DNA of 64,000 bases. Origin: an uncultured Methanosarcinales archaeon. GTDB taxonomy: Archaea; Nanobdellota; Nanobdellia; Woesearchaeales; ARS49. The stretch is from NCBI GenBank assembly GCA_964637115.1, contig CAZWVL010000002.1, positions 32,001 through 96,000 of the forward strand, given 5' to 3'. Each line of letters opens with the position of its first letter. The first letter of the stretch is position 1. The notes under the pieces are model-generated. The model was not told the origin of the DNA and did no database searches. It worked only from the letters and a program-made list of their open reading frames with translations. The position numbers and the translations under genes were made by a program. Positions 19,197 to 28,505 of this stretch are shown one piece after another.

Positions 19197-20503
19197 GCAA
19201 CAAGCGCGTATTTCTGACACAAAGCGCTCTCTGGGCAGCATATGACGGTTTAACATCGGCTTATCTGGCAGCATTTGCGCTTGCTTTAGGCGCTTCAAAC
19301 GAAGTAATCGGCTTTTTAGGAGCGTTGCCATTTCTGGCAGCAATACTCACCCAAATCCCGGGCTCAGAATTATCACAACACTTCAGCAGAAAAAAAGTAT
19401 ACGTGCTGTTTTCCTTTATTGGCAGGTTATTCTGGATACCGCTATTGGCAGCACCATTCTTTTTTGAAAAACCGATATTATTCATCATCATATTCTATCT
19501 TATCATCAAACTAGGCGAGATGATAACAGACCCAGCTTATACTTCCTTGATGGCAGACGTCGTTCCACGTGACACATTTGGCGACTTTACAAGTAAAAGA
19601 TACAGGCTAATTGCTGTCTTTGGCACCATAACACTTGTACTGGGCGGATTATTGCTAAAACAATTCCCAAAAGAAAGCCCGGTAGGATTTGCGGTCATGT
19701 TTGGATTTGGCACATTATTATCAATTCTTGCAACAACCATAATGCTGCGCGTAAAAGAGCCATTGTACAAAGACCACGACCACCACGCAATCAAAGAATT
19801 TCTCACACTTGACGGGCCAATCAGACATTTAGTATTTTTTGGAGTAGCATTCAACTTTGCCTTCATGCTCGCATCACCATTCTTTACAGTATACATGCTT
19901 AAAACCCTTGAAGTCAGCTACATGTTCTTTGGAATTGCAACAGCAATAGCAACACTGGCGCAAATCGTATCCTCACATTATGTTGGCAAGTTAACAGACA
20001 AGTATGGAGACAAACCGATTGCAATCTTAGGTCATCTGGGAACTGTCATAATCCCGCTTTTGTTCCTTTTTGTGACGAAACAATCACTCTGGCTTATAGT
20101 ACCCGTGCAAATACTCAGCGGACTCGTATGGAGCGCAGCAGACATATCACGATTTAATTTATTGCTGGCACTAGCAGATTCCAAGAAAAGAGCAATGCAA
20201 GTGGCAGAGTATAATTTGTACTGCGCAATACCTTTGATTATTGCGCCAATACTAGGCGGCTGGATAACAGAAAACGTCACTTTGATTTTGACAGGCATTC
20301 CACTAGTATTTGTCATGAGCAGCATGCTCAGATTTTTGAGCACGCTTTTGCTTTTCAGAATTCAAGAACCAAGAGCAAAACACGAATATCCTTTGGTATT
20401 CGTATTCAGAGAAGCAATGCACTTCCACCCAGGCAGAGGAATAGTCCACGGAATACATGTTGTGAAGAGAGTGGCGGCTGGATTAGGGTTGGTGAATAAG
20501 TAA
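19193..20503 (+). CDS. MFS transporter
   Basis: About 12 TM segments, GKLTDKYGDK loop motif, and an ATGA overlap with the upstream gene. Confidence 0.88.
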   Translation: MSNKRVFLTQSALWAAYDGLTSAYLAAFALALGASNEVIGFLGALPFLAAILTQIPGSELSQHFSRKKVYVLFSFIGRLFWIPLLAAPFFFEKPILFIIIFYLIIKLGEMITDPAYTSLMADVVPRDTFGDFTSKRYRLIAVFGTITLVLGGLLLKQFPKESPVGFAVMFGFGTLLSILATTIMLRVKEPLYKDHDHHAIKEFLTLDGPIRHLVFFGVAFNFAFMLASPFFTVYMLKTLEVSYMFFGIATAIATLAQIVSSHYVGKLTDKYGDKPIAILGHLGTVIIPLLFLFVTKQSLWLIVPVQILSGLVWSAADISRFNLLLALADSKKRAMQVAEYNLYCAIPLIIAPILGGWITENVTLILTGIPLVFVMSSMLRFLSTLLLFRIQEPRAKHEYPLVFVFREAMHFHPGRGIVHGIHVVKRVAAGLGLVNK

Positions 20504-20526
20504 ATTGTATGAAAAGGTAGAGGTTC

Positions 20527-21012
20527 TTAATCGATTTGGCGGATGGTGTCTCCGATTTTTACTTGTCCTTCTTGTAAGACGCGCGCGTACCATCCTCTAC
20601 GGCCCAGGAGCGTTTTGATGAACGGTGCTTTCTTTTCTTCACCTACGTACGGAAGATGTTTGAGATTGCTGCACGGCTTGCATATTTTTGCGATTTGTAC
20701 AACTGCGTTTCCCACTTGGTAGTGCTGACCTAGTGCAAAGTGTGCGTATGGTATTCCCTGCGTGGTAAAATTCTCCCCGATATCACCTGCTTTTAAAGGC
20801 CAACCTTCATTATTTAACTGAACAATTGTTTCAAGAGGAAACAATAATACCGCCATGTCTGGATCATCATGGCATTTTTCATGACGATAATGGTTAAAAT
20901 CTCCAGCAGGACCACGGGATGTCACCTGCATCATCCCAACTGGTTGCTTCGGCAAACCATGCTCGCCCGATATTTCCGGCTTAATGTTAATTTGATAAAT
21001 AATGCCTTCCAT
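20527..21012 (-). CDS. MOSC domain protein (YiiM-like)
   Basis: GENFTTQG, CKPC and RRGWYARVLQEGQVKIGD motifs. Confidence 0.88.
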   Translation of the reverse strand: MEGIIYQINIKPEISGEHGLPKQPVGMMQVTSRGPAGDFNHYRHEKCHDDPDMAVLLFPLETIVQLNNEGWPLKAGDIGENFTTQGIPYAHFALGQHYQVGNAVVQIAKICKPCSNLKHLPYVGEEKKAPFIKTLLGRRGWYARVLQEGQVKIGDTIRQID

Positions 21013-21130
21013 GCTCTTTTGAATAACTACACGTTCTTAAAAACCTTCACCTTTTTAGATGGTCTCTATGAATATTAGAATGACCGCTCATTCCAATATC
21101 TATTTATAGCACTGTTATTTTTGCACATGA

Positions 21131-21532
21131 ATGAAATTCACCAAAAACTTATACATTATCGGCTTTCTGATGCTTCTCATCGCATGCCAACCAAGCACAC
21201 CTGAAATAAAAGAAAAAGGCACCCTGGAAGGCACGATACATATAGGCCCCATTTGTCCAGTTGAACGAATACCTCCTGATCCTCAATGCAAGCCAAGCCC
21301 AGAAACATTTGCAGCTTGGCCGATTTCAATTTACACGCCGGATAATAAAAAAACGGCAACAGTTGTATCGGACGCTGATGGACATTTTGTGCTGCAGTTG
21401 CCTGCAGGCACGTACATAATTGACCTTGAGAAACACCAGCCAATTGGAGGCAATAATCTGCCGGCAACTATTGAGATTTCTTCAGGCAGGACAACGACGT
21501 TTGATGTAGATATTGACACAGGAATCAGGTAA
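21131..21532 (+). CDS. Lipoprotein with carboxypeptidase-regulatory-like beta domain
   Basis: Lipobox LLIAC, GPICPVE, and SDADGHFVLQLPAGTY. Confidence 0.7.
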   Translation: MKFTKNLYIIGFLMLLIACQPSTPEIKEKGTLEGTIHIGPICPVERIPPDPQCKPSPETFAAWPISIYTPDNKKTATVVSDADGHFVLQLPAGTYIIDLEKHQPIGGNNLPATIEISSGRTTTFDVDIDTGIR

Positions 21533-21536
21533 AGTT

Positions 21537-22028
21537 ATGGATCTCCACGAAACACTTGCAAAATTAACAAGAACTGCAGTATTCAAAGACTGGCACAAGA
21601 ACAATTCCAAATATTTTCTCGCGCACGCGTTTGTAATGCTGGATGAGGCAAACAAAGGAATCTGGCAGGTAGGATTTTACAACTTGGAAAAGGAGAGAAT
21701 GATTACTTTTATTATTTCAGACAAAGGAGTCCAGCATACAGAAGAGCAGGAAGTGCTGAGGACAGAAGCAGAAATCTTTCCGTTGAAGCCGGAAGAAGTA
21801 ACACATTCTGTTGAAGACGCCCTGAAGACAGCAAAACAATGCCTCCAAGAGAATTATCGAGGAGAAATGCCGGTGAAGGAATTCTTCATAATACAGCATG
21901 CAGAAGGACACGCGATGTTCAACATTACATACTTCACGCAAAGTTTGAAGACGATAAACATCAAGATAGATGCAAAGACAGGAAAAATATTCAAACACAC
22001 AATGCAAAGTCTGGCTGAGTTTACATAA
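21537..22028 (+). CDS. Hypothetical protein with PepSY-like C-terminus
   Basis: C-terminal INIKIDAKTGKI resembles PepSY. Start placed after the upstream stop codon. Confidence 0.6.
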   Translation: MDLHETLAKLTRTAVFKDWHKNNSKYFLAHAFVMLDEANKGIWQVGFYNLEKERMITFIISDKGVQHTEEQEVLRTEAEIFPLKPEEVTHSVEDALKTAKQCLQENYRGEMPVKEFFIIQHAEGHAMFNITYFTQSLKTINIKIDAKTGKIFKHTMQSLAEFT

Positions 22029-22211
22029 TTATTTTCCTGCCAGTGTTGTCACTCTATATTGTGTGGAATATATTTCCTTTTACAACACTCTTTAAATATC
22101 TGTTTTCCTAATTTTTTTTCGGACGACGACAAAATTTTTTGTAAAAAGAGGCAGCGACGAAACTTGTTTCGTCGGGTCTATTTTTTGCAGGCAAAAAAGA
22201 GGTGTATTAGT

Positions 22212-22313
22212 ATGGCAGTAGCAGTGAATTACAAAGAAAAACTAAAAAATAAAGACCTCGACTCTTTCTTCCGCAATGCAGATGATCAAAACGCAGAAGA
22301 AGCAACGAGTTGA
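22212..22313 (+). CDS. Putative 33-aa small protein
   Basis: GAGGTG SD about 7 nt before the ATG. Sequence MAVAVNYKEKLKNKDLDSFFRNADDQNAEEATS. Confidence 0.45.
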   Translation: MAVAVNYKEKLKNKDLDSFFRNADDQNAEEATS

Positions 22314-22497
22314 TTTTTTATTATAAAGAAAAATTTCCCCTTGCGGGGAATCACCTCTTTTCTCCAGGATGATTATGCAATAAGCAGGTGCTTTAAATTC
22401 ATTTATGGTAAGATTTGTAATGTTTCCAATGTGGCTGCTGCAATTATGCTACTGCAGTTTACTAAATTTTAAATAGGACTTGGCAAATCTTCAGGAT

Positions 22498-23541
22498 ATG
22501 ATACTGGGGGTAACTGGACATTTGGCCGCAGGGAAAGACACGGTGGCCGAAATTCTAAAAGAAGAAAGATTCCACCAGATATCACTCTCAGATTTTATCC
22601 GCGAAGAAGCGAAAAAACGCAGAATAAAGGACACTCGCGAGAATCTCATTAATCTTGGCAATGAACTCAGGAAGAAACACGGCAGCGGAGTTCTTGCGCG
22701 CTGGGCACTGCAAAAAATCGAGTGGGACAAAAACTATGTCATTACGAGCGTCAGGAACCCAGTTGAAGTCGAGATTTTAAGGACAAAATCAAATTTCGCG
22801 CTTATTAACGTAACCGCGTCCCAAAAAGTTAGATGGGGCAGAATGCAGCAAAGACAAGTCACGGAAAAGCGAAATGATGACCTGAACACGCTTGAAGAAT
22901 TCAAAAAATGGGAAGAACAGGAATCGACAAGCACCGACCCGACAAAACAACAAGTCGCAACAGTAATGGCGATGGCTGACCTTGTAATTACGAACGACGG
23001 AACTCGTGAAGAGCTAAAAAAGAAAGTTGCCAAAATCCTAAAAGAATTGAAACGCAAGCTCGGCGATGAGAGGCCGAGCTGGGACAATTATTTTCTTAAT
23101 TTAGCATTAGAAGTAGGCAAGCGTGCAACCTGCGACAGAGGAAAAAGTGGGTGTGTAATCGTAAAAGACAAACGCCTAATATCAACCGGCTACGTCGGAG
23201 CTCCAGTCGGACTCCCACACTGCGATGAAGCGGGACATTTAATGCACACAGTGCAAAACCCTGACGGAACAACATCGCAGCACTGCATAAGAACAACGCA
23301 CGCTGAAACAAACGCGATAGCGCAAGCAGCACGCCATGGCATTTCAGTAAATGGCGCAACACTTTATTGCAAAATGGAACCCTGCTATAAATGTGCGCAG
23401 ATGATAGTAAATTCTGGCATAATCAAAGTTGTCTGCATGAAACGATACCACGGCGCTGCGTATACACGAGAGATATTTAAGGAAGCAGGCGTCAAACTGG
23501 AAGTCGTGCAGGATGAACTCGAAAAATACGCCAAAATGTGA
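22498..23541 (+). CDS. Fusion of P-loop nucleotide-kinase-like domain and dCMP deaminase
   Basis: N-terminal GHLAAGKDT P-loop. C-terminal RPSWDNYF, RATCDR, HAETNAI and EPCYKC Zn-deaminase motifs. Confidence 0.88.
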   Translation: MILGVTGHLAAGKDTVAEILKEERFHQISLSDFIREEAKKRRIKDTRENLINLGNELRKKHGSGVLARWALQKIEWDKNYVITSVRNPVEVEILRTKSNFALINVTASQKVRWGRMQQRQVTEKRNDDLNTLEEFKKWEEQESTSTDPTKQQVATVMAMADLVITNDGTREELKKKVAKILKELKRKLGDERPSWDNYFLNLALEVGKRATCDRGKSGCVIVKDKRLISTGYVGAPVGLPHCDEAGHLMHTVQNPDGTTSQHCIRTTHAETNAIAQAARHGISVNGATLYCKMEPCYKCAQMIVNSGIIKVVCMKRYHGAAYTREIFKEAGVKLEVVQDELEKYAKM

Positions 23542-23553
23542 TTATTCATTCTC

Positions 23554-24291
23554 ATGAATCTCGAAGACTATTGTACATTACTGAACGACGCACTTGCGCG
23601 CAACGAAACAGTTGTTTTCTCCTGCACTTGCACCATACGCTATTCAGGCAGGGCAGAAAGCTATCTGGGCAAAGGAGACAGAATAGTCATGATAAAATCA
23701 GACGGCGCGTTATTAGTACATCAGCCGACCGGCAATGCGCCAATCAACTACATGAAACCGCAAAGCACGCACAGCCTGAAACTTGAAAACGGCGCATTAG
23801 TGCTCAAAAGCCAAAATCTAGCACAGAAAGAAAAAATTGACATTACGATAGACAAAATACACTTCTTTAACAGTCACAAACTCGAAGATGGACAAGTAAT
23901 AAGCATAGCGGGAACAGAAGAAGACATGAGCGACATGATATACAAAAATCCAGAGTTCATAGAAGAGGGATTCAAACCAGTTTCGCAGGAAGAACAAACA
24001 AAATACGGCTTCATTGATGTCATGGGCGTTGACAAGAATGGAGTATTAACAGTAGTTGAGTGCAAAAGGTATTGTGCTGAGCTTTCTGCAGTTACGCAAC
24101 TGCGCCGCTATGTTGAAAAAATAATGGTTAGCAAAGGAATAACAAGAGTAAGAGGAATTTTAGCAGCGCCAAAGATCACTGAGAATGCAGCAAGAATGCT
24201 GAACGACTGGGGATTTGAGTTTGTATCAGTCAAGCCGCCAAAATACCTGGAAGAATACGACAAAAAACAGTCAAGATTAGACGGTTTCTGA
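23554..24291 (+). CDS. nucS: Mismatch-specific endonuclease NucS/EndoMS
   Basis: YSGRAES, IKSDGALLVH, PINYM, IDVMGVD, VVECKR, QLRRY and RGILAAP motifs. Confidence 0.93.
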   Translation: MNLEDYCTLLNDALARNETVVFSCTCTIRYSGRAESYLGKGDRIVMIKSDGALLVHQPTGNAPINYMKPQSTHSLKLENGALVLKSQNLAQKEKIDITIDKIHFFNSHKLEDGQVISIAGTEEDMSDMIYKNPEFIEEGFKPVSQEEQTKYGFIDVMGVDKNGVLTVVECKRYCAELSAVTQLRRYVEKIMVSKGITRVRGILAAPKITENAARMLNDWGFEFVSVKPPKYLEEYDKKQSRLDGF

Positions 24292-24292
24292 T

Positions 24293-24805
24293 TCAACCGT
24301 AATACGGATAATTCGTGGAAGGCCCGTAAGCCTGATACGGATAATTGGTTACCTGCTGCGGAATCCTTGAACAGACGCCAACACCAGTTGTGCCGGTCTT
24401 TGTATAATCACACACAAGACCATAATTGCAGCCATATTGCCTGCTGTTGATAACACCGCACAACTGCCCATCAGCACTGCGCGGAATGTTTACAGTAGGA
24501 TATTCAGCTGGCTTGATTTCAAAGCGTTTTTCCTGAGAAGTGGGTCCAATAGGATAATTAACCTGAGGATAAGGCGTTGTTGAATACCAGCCATCATACA
24601 AATACGGATGATATACTCCTAAGCCGTATGGAAAATACATGCTCTGGCGCGGATAATTGTGATACACAGGATAATAAGTGTAATCAGGAGTTCCGTAATT
24701 ATACACGGCGCCATAACGGGTGTAACCCCACCTGCTTGCAGCGCCAGCAAAAACAGCAACCAACAATACAACAGCAACAACTGCCATTATAGTCTTTTTC
24801 ACCAT
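24293..24805 (-). CDS. Secreted Tyr/Pro-rich protein with C-terminal 4-Cys module (paralog 1)
   Basis: Signal peptide, Tyr-rich body, and LCG-x6/7-C-xx-GLVCDY...GVC module. Confidence 0.75.
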   Translation of the reverse strand: MVKKTIMAVVAVVLLVAVFAGAASRWGYTRYGAVYNYGTPDYTYYPVYHNYPRQSMYFPYGLGVYHPYLYDGWYSTTPYPQVNYPIGPTSQEKRFEIKPAEYPTVNIPRSADGQLCGVINSRQYGCNYGLVCDYTKTGTTGVGVCSRIPQQVTNYPYQAYGPSTNYPYYG

Positions 24806-24858
24806 CTTTTTCAGATACAAGAAAACTTTTAGGCTTTAAAAATCTATGCCTTTAAAAA

Positions 24859-25320
24859 TTAAGCAGAACGTGAACAAATGCCGACGCTTGGCTGTGCAGT
24901 CCTGGAATAATCACAGAACAAGCCAAATTCACAGCTGTATTCACCCATTCCAACACTACCGCAAAGCATTCCTTCTCTTGCTCGCGGTGTAACTCCAACG
25001 TATGTTGGATATGTTTGCAACGGTTCTCCAAAACGATTAGGCTTCACTGTAGAATAATACGGATAAACATACGATGGCCGCTGATACGCCGGCTGGCTGT
25101 AAGCAGGATACACGTTAACATATTTTGGATAATTCAGATAAGGCGTATATCCTGGATAGGCTGTTTGAGTATAAGGATAAAATTTTGGATAAGATGTCTC
25201 AGGAGAATAAGTGTAAACATATCTAGAAGGCAGGTAACCACCATACCTGTAGGAAGCGCCAACAACAACGGCGACTAACAAAACAACTGCTACAATAGCC
25301 AAAACTGTCTTTTTCACCAT
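24859..25320 (-). CDS. Secreted Tyr/Pro-rich protein with C-terminal 4-Cys module (paralog 2)
   Basis: Same architecture and near-identical N-terminus (MVKKT) as paralog 1. Confidence 0.75.
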   Translation of the reverse strand: MVKKTVLAIVAVVLLVAVVVGASYRYGGYLPSRYVYTYSPETSYPKFYPYTQTAYPGYTPYLNYPKYVNVYPAYSQPAYQRPSYVYPYYSTVKPNRFGEPLQTYPTYVGVTPRAREGMLCGSVGMGEYSCEFGLFCDYSRTAQPSVGICSRSA

Positions 25321-25367
25321 CTTTTGAATGCTATAGAACTTTTGAGATTTAAAAATCTATGCATCAA

Positions 25368-25487
25368 GAACCGTAGAGGCGGTTCGCGAGAAAATGCCTT
25401 GCATTTTCTGCGCCCAGAAAAGCAAGGCTTTTCTTGGGCTTGGGCCTAGAAAATTGCCACACTCATCATGCTTTTGGCAATTTTCTA
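25368..25487. repeat. Cluster of four inverted repeats (REP-like)
   Basis: GAACCG/CGGTTC; AGAAAATGC-CTT-GCATTTTCT; GCCCAGAAAAGC-AAG-GCTTTTCTTGGGC; TAGAAAATTGCCA/TGGCAATTTTCTA. Confidence 0.7.
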
Positions 25488-25730
25488 TGCCTCAATGACA
25501 TATATGTTCTTTTTGCCCAATGCTTTGCTGACAGAAAATGCTGACTGACCGTTTACGATAACCTGGCGGTTGCTGTCAATAACTATATATCCAGCATCTA
25601 GAAAATGGCTTTTCAACAAGGGCAAAATAGTATCAACACCTTTTTCCAGCAATTTCATAGCAGTCCTGTAATGAACGCTTGCGAAATAAACACAATCATC
25701 CTTGATGATTACCAAATGAACGTATGACAT
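25485..25730 (-). CDS. Hypothetical protein
   Basis: 81-aa ORF with an AT-rich TATA-like element upstream. Confidence 0.6.
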   Translation of the reverse strand: MSYVHLVIIKDDCVYFASVHYRTAMKLLEKGVDTILPLLKSHFLDAGYIVIDSNRQVIVNGQSAFSVSKALGKKNIYVIEA

Positions 25731-25785
25731 GATTTGTTATGTGTTGAGGTGTTTAATATAATCATCGACGACAAAATTGGAAGAA

Positions 25786-26025
25786 TTACGGAATCTGCAG
25801 TATTTTTTGTCTTTGACGTCAGCCCGGATACTATTGTAACGTTCTTTTTCGTCAATCTGGCAAAGAACTTGATAACTGCAATGTTTGCTTTGTTGTCTTC
25901 GGGAGGAGCGGAAATAGCAACTCTGTATGCCTGTTTTTCCTCATCATAACAAAGAATTTCATCCTTTTTGTGTTTGGCTTGACGATAATCTTGATTTTTC
26001 CACTTATAGGTATTTCTGGAGCCAT
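25786..26025 (-). pseudogene. DUF167 (YggU-like) gene with two compensating indels in A-runs
   Basis: KIKIIVKPNT in one frame, KKDEILCYDEEKQAYRVAISAPPEDNKAN...SGLTSKTK in another, then ILQIP* back in the first frame. Confidence 0.7.
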
Positions 26026-26675
26026 TCACGAACCTCTTGCAATACTTGTGGCGTTTCTTCACCGAAATCATGGTCAGTGCCGGGCAAGATGACGAGCTTC
26101 TTAGGATTATTTGCTAGCTTGTCAAGCTCATATGCTTCTTTTACTGGAAGCACAGAATCGCTACTGCCATGAACAATCAGCAAGGGAGCTTTTATTTTTT
26201 TCACTGCAGCTAAAATATCAGTCTTTGCCAAATCGTCAAGAAATGATTTTGGCAGCTCCTTATTCACCCACTCGCGGGCATACTTCGTCATGCGCTGAGG
26301 ATTGGGTTTTGAAGGGCCTGCAAGCGAAACGACAACATCGACTTTTGCACCGGCTAACAGGGCGACAGCAGCACCCATGCTATGGCCAACCAAGGCAATA
26401 GAAGCACATCCCCGCTTTTTCATGAAGTCAACAGCGGCCAATGCGTCATCTGTTTCTTTGCTGTACGTTGCTTCTTCAAATACGCCTTCACTTTCGCCAT
26501 TGCCGCTGAAATCAAAACGCAAAGTCAAGAATTCATCACGTAGAAAATCAGCAAACGGATTCATACCTGCTTTATTGCCGGTAAAACCGTGCAGAAGAAC
26601 AACCCCCTTCTTACCCTGTCCTTCCAGAATACCAATCAGTTTTTCCTTTTGCTTGTTGAGAAACGAAACTTTCAT
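26004..26675 (-). CDS. Alpha/beta hydrolase
   Basis: LHGFTG, GHSMG nucleophile elbow, HGSSD and GTDH motifs. Confidence 0.92.
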   Translation of the reverse strand: MKVSFLNKQKEKLIGILEGQGKKGVVLLHGFTGNKAGMNPFADFLRDEFLTLRFDFSGNGESEGVFEEATYSKETDDALAAVDFMKKRGCASIALVGHSMGAAVALLAGAKVDVVVSLAGPSKPNPQRMTKYAREWVNKELPKSFLDDLAKTDILAAVKKIKAPLLIVHGSSDSVLPVKEAYELDKLANNPKKLVILPGTDHDFGEETPQVLQEVREWLQKYL

Positions 26676-26986
26676 TTATACTCGCGCCAAGTGTGTCCGC
26701 ATTTCTTGCATTTGTGGAATCTGGTTGGAGGCTCATCAGCAGAACGCGTCTGCAGCTCCCAATATTCGGCTTTCACAGGACCACATTTGGGACAGTTGGC
26801 ATCAATAATGACGTTAATCGAGACTTCATTTTCAACAATAACAAAATCCTTAGGTTTTTCCTTAACAGACTCTGTAATCGTGACGCTTTCAGCGGCCTGT
26901 TTGTAGCCACAGCCGCAAACAAACTGCTTCTTTCCCCCAACTGACTTCGGCATCATAATGCTTTTGCACTTGGGACAAAACATCAT
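26672..26986 (-). CDS. tfs: Transcription factor S
   Basis: N-terminal FCPKC...CGC Zn ribbon and C-terminal QTRSADEPPTRFHKCKKCGHTWREY. Confidence 0.95.
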   Translation of the reverse strand: MMFCPKCKSIMMPKSVGGKKQFVCGCGYKQAAESVTITESVKEKPKDFVIVENEVSINVIIDANCPKCGPVKAEYWELQTRSADEPPTRFHKCKKCGHTWREYK

Positions 26987-27609
26987 TTGAAGCCTCCCAT
27001 AATCAAACTCCACAGGTCAACAGCTACAATCTTCACCCAGCCAAGCAATGGAACACGCCAGACTGCCTTGCCGATAACTCTCTCCTGTGGAATGTGTTGT
27101 TCAAAATCTCCAGTATCACAATTATGGTCACCCTTGGTCCAGAATAATTTCTTGCCATTTTCCTCTTTTATATTTATAGTGCGGTGAATAATCGGGTCAG
27201 GCCGGTTTGGCACTATGTAAACAATCACATCGCCTATTTCTGCTTTCTTAGGGCTGTACAAAATTATGATGTCCCCTTTATTGAATCCATTGACGAAATC
27301 AAAATCGTGGAACTGAGTTCTCGTGATGTTGATGTGCTCATACCACTGCCCTTGAATTTCCTGTCTTGAACACATCTCATTACAGCACATCGGCTGCATC
27401 CAAAACTCTTCAAAATTGCCGTCGTGCTCCATACTGCCGGAAACAACTGCAACAATCGGTGCAGGTGTTCCTAAAAACCAGCCAAGGCCAGGATAGAGCA
27501 GGAACTTAATGATAACAAACGCTAAAAGAACATTGACAATCCAGCTGAGCAAGCTATCTTCTTCCCAGATGAAATACCAGAATTTCTTCAATACTTCTTT
27601 GAAACCCAT
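26983..27609 (-). CDS. sec11: Signal peptidase I (archaeal Sec11-like)
   Basis: TM helix, VVSGSMEH, KGD, PIIHR and TKGDHN motifs. Confidence 0.9.
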   Translation of the reverse strand: MGFKEVLKKFWYFIWEEDSLLSWIVNVLLAFVIIKFLLYPGLGWFLGTPAPIVAVVSGSMEHDGNFEEFWMQPMCCNEMCSRQEIQGQWYEHINITRTQFHDFDFVNGFNKGDIIILYSPKKAEIGDVIVYIVPNRPDPIIHRTINIKEENGKKLFWTKGDHNCDTGDFEQHIPQERVIGKAVWRVPLLGWVKIVAVDLWSLIMGGFK

Positions 27610-27641
27610 TAGAAGAACTTTCCTAGAACGGCTTAAAAAGG

Positions 27642-28397
27642 TTATTGTTTTGCGCCGGTGCTCTTTTCAATCTCTGTAAAGTAGAACTTGAGCCTTTTGT
27701 TACTTGCATCTTTGACTTCTTTCAGCTCAGCAGCATAATCTAGCGCTGCCTTATCCTGCGCTTCTAGTTCTTCTTTGTATGAATTTCTGAGACGGCGGCT
27801 CTCTGCCTGCTCACGCTGCTCCAAACTAATAAATAAATATCCTTTATCAGGACTGGGAGCGCCATCCGGCTGTCCGAACCACACAAAGAGAGTTCCTGGA
27901 TTTTCGCTTACATATTTATTGTCAAAGCCGAATTTAATGCTCCGCCTGAGATTGTTATATTTCGCATCAAGCCCTTTGATTTCAAAATCTTCTGTTGACT
28001 GAACTATCCATTTCATGTCAGCTATTTGGTGCAAACCTATTTGTTTTACAACATCAGGATTAAGCTGCTTGGACAAGTTACTTGGTTTTCCCTCTGGGAA
28101 AAGCATGCCGTATGCCCAAGTGCCATCACGATTGGAAAGCGCATTTTTAATGAGGTCTTCGATTTCCTGTGCAACCTGTTTCTGGCATGGTTTCGCCTGC
28201 TCGTCATTATAGATTGAGAATAATTTCTGAGATTTCTGGTACGAATTAAGATGCTCGTAATCGAACCCTTTGAGTTTTTCAATCACCGAAGGACGTTTCC
28301 TGTCTTGCACTATGGCGTCAATTGTAAAACCTAGACCGGCTCCTAAAGCTGATCCGAACAAAGCAGGAATAATCCACTTTGAAAAAAGCTTGTTCAT
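27642..28397 (-). CDS. Hypothetical protein with N-terminal membrane anchor
   Basis: 251-aa ORF with a single hydrophobic N-terminal segment. Confidence 0.65.
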   Translation of the reverse strand: MNKLFSKWIIPALFGSALGAGLGFTIDAIVQDRKRPSVIEKLKGFDYEHLNSYQKSQKLFSIYNDEQAKPCQKQVAQEIEDLIKNALSNRDGTWAYGMLFPEGKPSNLSKQLNPDVVKQIGLHQIADMKWIVQSTEDFEIKGLDAKYNNLRRSIKFGFDNKYVSENPGTLFVWFGQPDGAPSPDKGYLFISLEQREQAESRRLRNSYKEELEAQDKAALDYAAELKEVKDASNKRLKFYFTEIEKSTGAKQ

Positions 28398-28505
28398 AGC
28401 ACTTTTAATGACGATTTAATATATAAACCTTTCGTTCATTAGTCACTCTTTAGTAGTTATTAAATGACTGGGTGCTTTAAAAAGGGTCATAAGCTCCTCC
28501 ATAAT

